Below, piece by piece: positions 55,750-64,000 of a DNA stretch of 64,000 nucleotides. The translations under genes and the position numbers were made by a program. The notes beneath the pieces are model-generated. The model did not search any database and was not told the DNA's origin. It saw only the letters and a list, made by a program, of their open reading frames with translations. The stretch's first letter is position 1, and every line of letters begins with the position of its first letter. Where the stretch lies: IMG/VR virus record IMGVR_UViG_3300047313_000057, positions 54,245 through 118,244 of that record; one strand, 5' to 3'. This DNA comes from a virus. Its lineage: Duplodnaviria > Caudoviricetes.

Positions 55750-56318
55750 GCGGCCTCCATTGCGTCAATGTCGGCCCGGACTAAACGGCGTTCGTCGGAG
55801 GTGAGTTTGGGCAAAAGCCGTTTGATTTGCCGGAAAGGGGATGGCGGCTTGCGGAGGCCAGCCTCAATCATGGCTGCATTCGCTGACATTTCTCCGGCAT
55901 TGACGGCCGCGAACAGGCCGGGCCGTTCGCGTTCCAGCCGCTCAAGGGAATATGCCCGGGAAGTGCCTTGCTTGGCCTTATGGTGCCTTATATTATCATG
56001 CACCACATATTGATTATCGCCGGGACGTGCCTTCGTTTCCTTGCGCCATTTACCCTCGACCGGTGTTCCAGCGATGAGTTTGAGCACCTGCTTTTCGCTG
56101 GTGCCGACGCCATCCGGTTCGTTATATTCGAAATACTCCAGCGCGGCGCGAAATGGACGGCCAAGATCGCGGCATGGGCGCTTTTCCCACGTTCGATATT
56201 GCAGGCAGCGCTCGACCATCGAAGGGAAGTTCTCCAGCATTTTGCCGAAGCGAAGGGCTTGGCACATTTGCGTGTGCCAAGCTTCTACATCACGCTCGGT
56301 GATTTCCTGGGCGGTCAC
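55746..56318 (-). CDS. hypothetical DNA-binding protein
   Basis: GTSRAY.L.RL.RERP.L...V.AGEMSANAAMIEAG; coupled to the helicase. Confidence 0.6.
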   Translation of the reverse strand: MTAQEITERDVEAWHTQMCQALRFGKMLENFPSMVERCLQYRTWEKRPCRDLGRPFRAALEYFEYNEPDGVGTSEKQVLKLIAGTPVEGKWRKETKARPGDNQYVVHDNIRHHKAKQGTSRAYSLERLERERPGLFAAVNAGEMSANAAMIEAGLRKPPSPFRQIKRLLPKLTSDERRLVRADIDAMEAA

Positions 56319-58321
56319 GCCGCGGCTCCTCTGATGTATTCAAGGAAGGCGTCGCGTTTCCTTATCAACTGCTCAACAGTCATTGCCTGTTGCTCAACCC
56401 ATTTGCCGCATGCCTGTTTGGTGACCCATACCTGCACCTCCGACCATGGAGACTTCGATCCGGGATTTCTGAATTTCCAGATATGCCCAGCTCTGCTGGC
56501 CAACTCCGCGATCTCAGCATTAAGCATCGCTTTTTTCTCCGCGACGCTTCTTTCTTGCTGCTGTTGCGGTTCGGCCTTGCTGTGCCGAAACTGCGAGAAC
56601 GCAATTGCATCCTCAAGCGTCATTCTCGTATCGGGCCGCGCCGTTCGGAAGGCGTCGAACGGAATTATGATTTCTTCATCAGCATGCAATTGTCCGACAA
56701 TCGCACCAGTTTCGCGTGTGTCTATATTTTCCACAATGCGATCAAGATCGCGGGGCGTCGGAGGTTTTGATGTCGTATCCGCCGGCTTCGCCTTGATGGC
56801 TGCTCGGACCTCTTTTTCAACATCGGCCGCATACTTGCGATATTCTGGCTTATCAAGACAGATAAAGATGCATTCTCCGGGCTTGGGGTCAGGCGTATCT
56901 TTCGGCACCTCTTCACCTTCAGGTGAGTCAGGACGCCGCCAATCAATACGAACCACGCGCCCGCGGATTTGCTCCAGGGTGAGTTCAGCCGTGATCGGAG
57001 TGAGAAAGCAACACACGCGTAAGCGGTTCGCGTCAGCGCCTTCGGCGAACATCTGAATTGAAATTATCCAGTCGCAATGGTTCTCCTTGCCATGCTCGCG
57101 TTGTGCAAACCTTTCGATGATCTTGCGATCATCGTGCCCGGGTTCGCCATAAATGATGCATGCCGTCTGGCCGCGGTATTCAAGGAGTTTTTTGATTGAT
57201 CTGGCCTGCACTTTTCTGGAACAAACGATGAGACCCGCCGCGCGCGGGTGAGACCGCTTAATGTTACCGAGTTCGTAAATACCACGCTCCAAAATGTGGT
57301 CAGCAGCCTTGCCGTCGTCCTCTTCACCCACCATGCCGTCAATGCCGAGCGCACTCCTCTCCAGCGCATTGCGAGCAGGCGACTTGCGCTCGCTTATGGA
57401 GGCTGCGCCCTTGAAAACAATATCCTCGTTTTCCTTGTCGATGACAGTAACGTGCCCATCAACATCAATGAAACGAAATTCGGTGCGCCTCACAATCTTG
57501 TCTGCTACGGCTTGACCGTACGAATACGTATAGCCGTGTGGAGGGGTCAAACAAGGAATCAGAGTGCCGTCTTCTTCCTCTTTATAGGCGACAAATGGCA
57601 TCCGCTCGCCATCACGGGGCGTGCCGGTCAATACAAGGACGTGCTTCGCAGCCCCTTCAAAGGCTTCTACGCATTTTTTCGCCCACTGTGTGGCTCCCTC
57701 CGCATGAAGACCCAGATGGTGGAGTTCGTCGAGTAAAACAAATGTCGAAACTTCCCCGCACCGCTTGCGGTGTGCCATCGGATTGGCGTGGATTGATGCA
57801 TATGTGGTTGCATATCCTTGTTCATCGTCGGGGATGCGCAATTCGATATTAGAGTTGCCATCCATCTCCCTGATAGTAATGCCGAACAACTCAATAAATG
57901 TGCGCACCCATCCCCTCTTGATGGTATCGTCTGGCGCAACGACAATGATGCGTTTGATCCATCGTAAGCGCAGCATTTGCGCGGCCAGCCACGCGCCCAA
58001 TGTTGTCTTTCCAGCACCGACGCTGACGCAGCCTGTGAAAACCAAATGCCGTTGCTCGAATGTCTTGAGAGCTAATTCGCTGCACTCTGATTGCCATGGC
58101 CGCGGGTCGAATGACCTCATTTCACGACTTCCCTTTTCCAAATTGCACCGAGGGCAGAGCGCCCGACCGTTCACAATGTCCGTCGCCCCTCCGCGCGCCC
58201 ATGGCTTATTATGATCGGCGTGCCAGTTCTCAGGCAGATCTGCACCGCATTCCTCGCACTTGCCCTCTGCCATCAAGGAAAGTGCGATCTTTTCTCTTCT
58301 ATTGAAGAAACGGCCGTTCAC
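56315..58321 (-). CDS. HNH nuclease-SF2 (DExH, Res-like) helicase fusion
   Basis: CEEC...HADH..PW.RGG.T...N..LC.RCN..K; GAGKT, LLDELHH, LTGTP, FAEGAD, QIRGRVVR. Confidence 0.85.
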   Translation of the reverse strand: MNGRFFNRREKIALSLMAEGKCEECGADLPENWHADHNKPWARGGATDIVNGRALCPRCNLEKGSREMRSFDPRPWQSECSELALKTFEQRHLVFTGCVSVGAGKTTLGAWLAAQMLRLRWIKRIIVVAPDDTIKRGWVRTFIELFGITIREMDGNSNIELRIPDDEQGYATTYASIHANPMAHRKRCGEVSTFVLLDELHHLGLHAEGATQWAKKCVEAFEGAAKHVLVLTGTPRDGERMPFVAYKEEEDGTLIPCLTPPHGYTYSYGQAVADKIVRRTEFRFIDVDGHVTVIDKENEDIVFKGAASISERKSPARNALERSALGIDGMVGEEDDGKAADHILERGIYELGNIKRSHPRAAGLIVCSRKVQARSIKKLLEYRGQTACIIYGEPGHDDRKIIERFAQREHGKENHCDWIISIQMFAEGADANRLRVCCFLTPITAELTLEQIRGRVVRIDWRRPDSPEGEEVPKDTPDPKPGECIFICLDKPEYRKYAADVEKEVRAAIKAKPADTTSKPPTPRDLDRIVENIDTRETGAIVGQLHADEEIIIPFDAFRTARPDTRMTLEDAIAFSQFRHSKAEPQQQQERSVAEKKAMLNAEIAELASRAGHIWKFRNPGSKSPWSEVQVWVTKQACGKWVEQQAMTVEQLIRKRDAFLEYIRGAAA

Positions 58322-58412
58322 GCCGCCCCCCGCATGAACAAGGGCAGCCGTGGGGCAAGCCTCGGGGTCACCTGCATCACCGCCCACAGCCACAGGCACC
58401 CGGCCTCTGCGA

Positions 58413-58697
58413 TCATCTTTGCCCCCATGTCACAGCCCCGAAAGCTGAGATGATCCGCCGCTGATGCAACGTCGGCATGAGATCGAACAACCGCCGCGCA
58501 TGAATGAGCGCACGTTCGTCCCCGCTCTCCGCCTCTCGTAACGCGGTGACGGTTGCAGCGGGGGCACAAGCCCCGGCCAGCCGCATAACGTGGACGAGCG
58601 TGGCGAGCGAGCGCAACTGGCGGGCGCGTTCATGCTCGTCCGTGCAATTCGGCGACCACGGCCCGAACGGCGGGCGTTCATGTTCCGTCGCGTCCAT
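58413..58697 (-). CDS. hypothetical protein
   Basis: GAGG RBS. Confidence 0.5.
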   Translation of the reverse strand: MDATEHERPPFGPWSPNCTDEHERARQLRSLATLVHVMRLAGACAPAATVTALREAESGDERALIHARRLFDLMPTLHQRRIISAFGAVTWGQR

Positions 58698-58848
58698 GGC
58701 ATACGCCTCAAGATCGGAGGTGAAACGGAAGGCTGCGGGTCAGGCGATGACCGGTCGCGCGGCATAACTCCTGCGGCATCGCGGGAGATGGGGACAGATG
58801 CCGCACGGCACGCAACCAGCATCGCCTGGCCGGCAGCCTCCTTCAGCC

Positions 58849-59343
58849 TTAGAGGCGCTCGGCCTCGGCCGGCTTGCCGCGGCCCATGTTCTGGAGATGG
58901 GCCTCGTCCTCGCGCTCCATCGCGTCGAGTCCGTCCGCCGCCTCGCGTTGATCTGCCGTTGCCAGATGTACGCTCACCGTCGCTCCATCCCTGGTCAGAT
59001 TCGCCATCGAACGGGCAAAATCGCCCATCGGTGAATCGCCGAAAGCTTCGGCCAACGCCTCCAATGCCGCAAACTGCGCTCTAACGTCGATGTCGTCCTG
59101 CTTTTCGAGCTGTTCGGCCTGCCGGCGCCGGAACTTGCGCTCCACCAAGATCATCCGCAATGCCTTCGGCTGAATGCCGGCGGCTTCCGCCTCCTCAAGG
59201 ACGATCTTCTTCGATTCCGCGATCTCGGCACGATATCTGCTCATCTCCGCATCGAGGTATTCGATCCGGTCGATGAACGGCATCGCCTTCGCGGCCAGAT
59301 CGTTGGGGCGCTCCTCCGTTTGTTCCTTCTTGCGCCGGGCCAT
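58849..59343 (-). CDS. GapR/DUF2312-like nucleoid protein
   Basis: FIDRIEYL..E...K.V..EA..AG..PKALR.I...RK. Confidence 0.7.
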   Translation of the reverse strand: MARRKKEQTEERPNDLAAKAMPFIDRIEYLDAEMSRYRAEIAESKKIVLEEAEAAGIQPKALRMILVERKFRRRQAEQLEKQDDIDVRAQFAALEALAEAFGDSPMGDFARSMANLTRDGATVSVHLATADQREAADGLDAMEREDEAHLQNMGRGKPAEAERL

Positions 59344-59578
59344 CCGGTTCTCCCTTTGTTGCGGCCGGCAGTGCGGCCTCCAGTTCGTCGAGTTTCGCCG
59401 TCGCCCGGTCGAGGGTGACGACCCGCGCGGCGCCCCGCCGCAGCCGTTCCAGCAGATTCGGCGCATTGAGCAGGAGCCGCCCGAGCGTCGTCTCGGCGGT
59501 GCCGGTACGGGCGCAATAGGCTTCGCAGCGGGCGATGAGCGACCGCATGAGACTTTGGGCCGGGCCGATGGGCGTCAT
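59195..59578 (-). CDS. Cro-like regulator
   Basis: EAYCARTGTAETTLGRL...LERLRRG; divergent from the CI-like gene. Confidence 0.65.
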   Translation of the reverse strand: MTPIGPAQSLMRSLIARCEAYCARTGTAETTLGRLLLNAPNLLERLRRGAARVVTLDRATAKLDELEAALPAATKGEPDGPAQEGTNGGAPQRSGREGDAVHRPDRIPRCGDEQISCRDRGIEEDRP

Positions 59579-59598
59579 GATCGCGGCGGGGAAAATTG

Positions 59599-59710
59599 TT
59601 TCATTTCTGGAAATTGCCGCGCCAGATTTGGAACGTCAAGAGACAAATCTGAAAATTTTCGGGGACACATTGCGCCGGGCGTTAACCTTCGATATGTTCC
59701 AGTTCTGGAA
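59599..59710. promoter_or_regulatory. operator array TTCCA-N4-TGGAA (59599, 59620, 59697) overlapping a leftward promoter (TTGACG -35 at 59634-59639)
   Basis: tttcatttctggaa, cgccagatttggaa, ttccagttctggaa. Confidence 0.65.
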
Positions 59711-59942
59711 CACGACACGGAGTAAACCAACATGCCGCGAGATTGGCGAGCGATGGGCGAACGACACGGCCGCGCCATCGGCCGGTCCTGGTTCCGTTTC
59801 CTCATGCCTGCCTACTGGCGCGCGTTATTGCACGCCGCCAAGCGGGAATGGCGGCGAACCCGCTGAAAACTTCCTCCCCTTTTTTCTGGTGTCCAAGTAT
59901 TCGCCATGCTGGCGACCATTCGCACCCGTTCGGGAGACCGCA

Positions 59943-60128
59943 ATGAATAAAGTAACTGAAGGCGAACTCCTTTTCCTAAGGGCGATTGACGACAGCCTGG
60001 ACTGGCGTGAGCGCGCTATGGCGCGCCATCGGCTTATTCGTGCGTTCAATGCCTATGGGCCGCTGCTTGAAGCTCTGAAGGCTCTCATCGACGAGCAGCA
60101 AGCCCGTGCTGCCACCCTTGCGGGTTAG
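59943..60128 (+). CDS. hypothetical protein
   Basis: GGAG RBS. Confidence 0.5.
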   Translation: MNKVTEGELLFLRAIDDSLDWRERAMARHRLIRAFNAYGPLLEALKALIDEQQARAATLAG

Positions 60129-60863
60129 ATGATGCTGGCTCCGCCAATGCCCGGCGATACCGACCGTATGCCCGGCACGCTCGCGTCGCGGACCAGGGAC
60201 CGCATGGCGGCGCTCCGGCTCGACGTCGCCGCGGTTGTGGGGCTGAGCGGATTGTCGAAGAACACGGTCTATCGGATACTGCGGGAGGAAAAGTACAATC
60301 CAGGTTCCGACATCGTCACCCGGCTTGCCGCCGCCCTCTCGTGCGACATTGCCATCCTACTGGGAACGGCCTCCAATGCCGCCCCGAGGCAGGCCACGCC
60401 CGTGACGATGTCGGAAGCCGCAGACGTGAGAGCGTACAGGACCCCGCTGCCGGAGAGCAGCGCGCCGCAGGTGCGGCATGATCTTTCCCCGCCGGTTCCC
60501 TCGGACCCGCGGCTCGCCGGCCAGCCGATGCTCGCGGTCCCGATCGCCGACGACCAATTGATGGGGCACACCCCGCCGGTGCCGCCGGGCTATATCGCTT
60601 TCGTCGCGGCGGCCGGCCCCGGTCTGCCCGATCTGCCGCTCGAAACCGGGACGATGTGCCTCGTCCATCGGGCCGACACCGACGGCAAGATCCAGACGAC
60701 ATTCCGGCTGCTGACCGTTTACCCTGATTCCTACGAGTTCGCGTTGATGTCGCCCGACCGGGTGCGCAATGCGCGCGAACGGATCGTGGTCCGCAAAGAT
60801 GAACTCGGCGCCGGGCAAGTAAAAGTCGCGGGGATATTCTTTGCGGCGACTTTGGTCCTCTGA
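60129..60863 (+). CDS. CI-like repressor (HTH + degenerate S24-like domain)
   Basis: SGLSKNTVYRILR...NP...RLAAAL; position between operator sets. Confidence 0.7.
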   Translation: MMLAPPMPGDTDRMPGTLASRTRDRMAALRLDVAAVVGLSGLSKNTVYRILREEKYNPGSDIVTRLAAALSCDIAILLGTASNAAPRQATPVTMSEAADVRAYRTPLPESSAPQVRHDLSPPVPSDPRLAGQPMLAVPIADDQLMGHTPPVPPGYIAFVAAAGPGLPDLPLETGTMCLVHRADTDGKIQTTFRLLTVYPDSYEFALMSPDRVRNARERIVVRKDELGAGQVKVAGIFFAATLVL

Positions 60864-61053
60864 CCTTTCTGCCTCGTTTGATCTTCAATTGATCTTGCTG
60901 CTGATGTTCACGCCACCGTGAACGGTTACGCGCGTGTTCCCTAACATGTAGAGATTCCGACATAATTTGCGCGCGACAACGCCGCCGTTGTGCCGCGGCT
61001 CTACTGGCGTTTACCAACCCGCAACGATGGCTTCTCTGCTGTGGAAATTTTTG

Positions 61054-61099
61054 TTTCAGATTTGGAAATCTGTCTTGACGCATAGTTCCAAATTTGGAA
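61054..61099. promoter_or_regulatory. two operators (61054, 61086) flanking the TTGACG -35 of a rightward early promoter
   Basis: tttcagatttggaa; perfect palindrome ttccaaatttggaa. Confidence 0.7.
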
Positions 61100-61135
61100 A
61101 ACATGGGGAGTACCTTCCATTCTGGAGTCTTCCCC

Positions 61136-61447
61136 ATGCTCAGCAGCCCTCCCCGCCCCACCGATCTTGCCACCGCCCTCACCATCCTCAAGGCCCATGT
61201 CCGCGCCCTGGAGCAGCCCTACGAGCCGCGCACCGCGGCCGACGCCTGCCATCTGGAGGACTGGGCCGACCATCTCGACCAGGTGCTTGAGATGTCCCGC
61301 CAGTACGCCCGCGCCGTCGTCAACCACATCGGGCAGGTCACCCCCGGCGGCATCGCCGATGAGACCAAGGGCCTCGCCGATGCGGCGTCCGACGTGGTCG
61401 GCGCCATCCGTAAGGCGGCGAACAACCTGCATGCGGAGGCCGCGTGA
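61136..61447 (+). CDS. hypothetical protein
   Basis: GGAG RBS; first gene of the early operon. Confidence 0.55.
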   Translation: MLSSPPRPTDLATALTILKAHVRALEQPYEPRTAADACHLEDWADHLDQVLEMSRQYARAVVNHIGQVTPGGIADETKGLADAASDVVGAIRKAANNLHAEAA

Positions 61448-61743
61448 TGGCCGAGAAACCCGACTATGCGCCGATCGCCGCTGAGGCGGTCGAGAACGTG
61501 GAGACGTTCCTTCGTCTCGGAAACCGTTCCGGCGCCATCAAGCATATCGCCGCCATGATGGGCATCGCCTTCCTGGACGGCGACATCGCCGGCAGCCGGG
61601 AGACCTTCGACAAATGCGTTCTGGGCATTCTTGGCCCTCCCGAGGCGGTTGCGTCCGGCCATGCTTCCGATTGTGCGAGCAGCAATGCCCCGGAAGCGCC
61701 GGGGCCCTGCGATTGCGGAACAGAGGCGAAAGCCGATGTCTGA
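61444..61743 (+). CDS. hypothetical protein
   Basis: GGAGG RBS; overlap coupling. Confidence 0.5.
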   Translation: MMAEKPDYAPIAAEAVENVETFLRLGNRSGAIKHIAAMMGIAFLDGDIAGSRETFDKCVLGILGPPEAVASGHASDCASSNAPEAPGPCDCGTEAKADV

Positions 61744-62833
61744 CCTTGCGCCCGGCATCTACAAGGACATGGCGGCGAAGGATTACTTCGCCGACCCTTG
61801 CCCATTGCCTTCGCTGTCGCAGTCAATCGCAAAGATCGTGCTGGCGAAGTCGCCGCTGCACGCGTGGCACGCCCACCCGCGGCTCAATCCGGAATGGATG
61901 CCGGACGAGCATAAGTACGAGAAGGTCCGGGCCATCGGCAACGCGGCGCACAGCATGGTCCTGGGGCGCGGCAAGGAGCTGACGGTCGTCCGCGTTCCGA
62001 GGCGCGTCAAGGAAAAGAACAAATGGATCGTGCCGGATCCCGCCCACCTCATCGATGCCGACGATATGACGACCGACGCCGCACAGCGGGAGCGCGACTG
62101 CATCGCAGCAGCCGGGGCCGTACCGATCCTCGGTAAGCACGCCGATGTGGCGCTAAGGATCATGGCGGCAGCGCGCGCTCAGATCGACCGTGCCGGCTGT
62201 CCCGAGGCATTCCGCGACGGCGACGGCGAAGTGGTGATCCTGGCCTACGACGAGGAGTACGGCATCTGGCTGCGCTCCATGGTCGACTGGATGTGCGCGA
62301 CGACCCTCATCTATGACCTCAAGACCGGCGAGACGTCGGCCGCCCCGCAGGACATCCCGCGCCGCATCGTCAACGACGGCTGGGCGATCCAGGCGGCCAT
62401 GCAGGAGCGGATCCTCGACATCCTTGATCCTGAGAACCGCGGGCAACGCGCATTCCGGTTCGTCGCCATCGAAGACGACGTACCCTACGCGCTCACGGTC
62501 AATGAAATCTCCCCATGGTCCGGCGTCCATGACGAGGTCTCCGGCGAAGCCCTGGAGACCGCCCTCGAAATCGGCCGGCGGCAGGTCCGCAAGGCGTGCG
62601 AGATCTGGGGCCATTGCATGCGGACCAACCAATGGCCGGCCTATCCCCCGCTGGTCCATGAGCCGCGATACCCAGCCTATGCGAGCGCGCAATGGCTCAA
62701 CCGGGAAATCCACGAGGCGGGGCAGGCGCGGCTGCCGGGGAAGGCATGGCCGGACCAGCGGAATAATCGCTTCTATCGCGAGAAGAATTGGAAGCCAGAG
62801 CCGTTCGATCCGAACGTGGTCAATGCGGGGTGA
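61736..62833 (+). CDS. RecE/ExoVIII-like PD-(D/E)xK exonuclease (DUF3799-like)
   Basis: SLSQS..K..SP.HAW, IGNAAH, LRSMVDW..IYDLKT, IQAA, FRFVAIE..PY. Confidence 0.8.
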   Translation: MSDLAPGIYKDMAAKDYFADPCPLPSLSQSIAKIVLAKSPLHAWHAHPRLNPEWMPDEHKYEKVRAIGNAAHSMVLGRGKELTVVRVPRRVKEKNKWIVPDPAHLIDADDMTTDAAQRERDCIAAAGAVPILGKHADVALRIMAAARAQIDRAGCPEAFRDGDGEVVILAYDEEYGIWLRSMVDWMCATTLIYDLKTGETSAAPQDIPRRIVNDGWAIQAAMQERILDILDPENRGQRAFRFVAIEDDVPYALTVNEISPWSGVHDEVSGEALETALEIGRRQVRKACEIWGHCMRTNQWPAYPPLVHEPRYPAYASAQWLNREIHEAGQARLPGKAWPDQRNNRFYREKNWKPEPFDPNVVNAG

Positions 62834-62836
62834 GCG

Positions 62837-63208
62837 ATGAGCGAAACGAAACCATGGGAAGGATTGCCGGACATCGCTGACGTGCGAGAGCGCGTGCGAA
62901 AGTTTCAAGCCTTGGAGTTGCCGGGCCAACCCATGGGAATGCACATGGGCACGGCGTATCTCGTGCAGGATCTGGATCGCTTGGCCGCCGCCATTCCCTC
63001 CATGCTGGAGGAGATGGTGCGATTGCGGGACCTAGAAGCAAAGTTACGGCGAGACAAAGAGCAATTGATTGATATTGCCTCCAGAGAGATGGCCAGCCTC
63101 CGCGCGCGCATCACGGAGATTGAGAGGGAGCGGGACGACGCGCGAGAGGCCGGCAAGATGATTACCAGCGCTCTTCTCGCTCAAATCGACGAAAACGACG
63201 TCCAATGA
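62837..63208 (+). CDS. coiled-coil hypothetical protein
   Basis: operon position. Confidence 0.5.
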   Translation: MSETKPWEGLPDIADVRERVRKFQALELPGQPMGMHMGTAYLVQDLDRLAAAIPSMLEEMVRLRDLEAKLRRDKEQLIDIASREMASLRARITEIERERDDAREAGKMITSALLAQIDENDVQ

Positions 63209-64000
63209 CCGGCTTCCGCCCCGCCTCCCGTTCCGAGGCCAAGCCCCTCATCGGCCTCTATTCCGAGTCGGGCTGCGGCAAGACGTGGTCGGCGCTGCTG
63301 CTGGCGCGCGGCTTCGTCGGCGAGTCCGGCCTCATCGGCATGATCGAGACGGAGGGCGGAAGGGGCGAAGCCTATGTTGGACGGGCGCCGGTCGGGACTT
63401 ACCTGGTGCGGCCGATCCGGCAGGTGTTCTCGCCCCAGGCCTACGGCGAAGCAATCACCGAGGCGGAGAAGGCGAAGCTTGGCGCGCTCATCATCGACTC
63501 GGCGTCGCACGAATGGGAAGGCGCCGGCGGCGTGCTGGCGATGGCCGCGGCCAACCAGGCGGCCGGCAAGAAGGGCGTGCTGGTCTGGCAGCAGCCCAAG
63601 ATCGACCACCAGCGGCACTTCATGCTGCGGCTGATGCAGACGCCGATCCCGCTGGTCATCGTCTGCATGCGGGCGAAATATCCGATGGAGCAGAAGCCCG
63701 GCAGCGGCGGAGATGGCGGCTGGGTGCGATCGACGGTGCTCGAGCCCAAGCAGAGCGCGGACATCCTGTTCGAGATGTTCGCGCACGGCTGGATCGACGC
63801 CGCCCACCGTTTCCATGGCACGAAATACACGGTCCCGGAACTCGCCGGCATCATCCGCGACAGCGAGCCGATCAGCATCGACTCCGGCCGGGCGCTCGCC
63901 GCCTGGGCGGCCGGCGGGACGCTCCCCGTTACCCCTTCACGACCCTCCCCGGATTCCGGGGAGAGTCATCCGAGCTCGCCCCTCACCGCGGGCGAGACGT
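63205..64000 (+). CDS. Sak4-like AAA ATPase (recombination), runs off window
   Basis: MTGFRPASRSEAKPLIGLYSESGCGKTWSAL...IETE...LIIDSASHEWEGAGG; translated by hand. Confidence 0.8.
   Translation, partial: MTGFRPASRSEAKPLIGLYSESGCGKTWSALLLARGFVGESGLIGMIETEGGRGEAYVGRAPVGTYLVRPIRQVFSPQAYGEAITEAEKAKLGALIIDSASHEWEGAGGVLAMAAANQAAGKKGVLVWQQPKIDHQRHFMLRLMQTPIPLVIVCMRAKYPMEQKPGSGGDGGWVRSTVLEPKQSADILFEMFAHGWIDAAHRFHGTKYTVPELAGIIRDSEPISIDSGRALAAWAAGGTLPVTPSRPSPDSGESHPSSPLTAGET

Overview
The window is most of the genome of a temperate tailed phage or prophage. The host is probably an alphaproteobacterium, given GcrA-, GapR- and Omp25/RopB-like genes and an alpha-type tRNA-fMet. Right end: immunity region (Cro/CI-like pair with TTCCA-N4-TGGAA operators) and the start of a RecE-like/Sak4-like recombination operon on +. 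One long minus-strand arm then carries replication and regulatory genes (GapR, HNH-helicase, DNA methylase, DUF1376, Q-like, GcrA, DUF5131), a tRNA-fMet, TerS/TerL and a Bcep781-type head module (DUF1073 portal, MuF, DUF2213, cement, DUF2184 capsid, DUF4054). The head module has several unusual additions: a portal fused to a HExxH metallopeptidase; a Nudix-...-AdoMetDC-like fusion beside an amidinotransferase-fold gene (candidate arginine-to-putrescine cassette); a shared W-x3-KHPRGQPGNxGQF motif; and synonymously recoded capsid patches next to a free-standing homing endonuclease. Where neck/tail genes normally follow DUF4054, there is instead a putative fibre/appendage module with a repeat 'ruler' protein. 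After it comes a ~15 kb translationally coupled cluster for making, tailoring and transferring an unusual sugar: mini TPP E1 alpha/beta, ColD-like dehydratase, SDR, B12 radical SAM, O-methyltransferase, two PhyH-like dioxygenases, an esterase and six glycosyltransferase-like genes. The best candidate for a new system is this virion (fibre) glycosylation locus, which appears to gain cassettes by duplicating gene-junction sequences. All family calls come from motif recognition by eye; no database searches were run.
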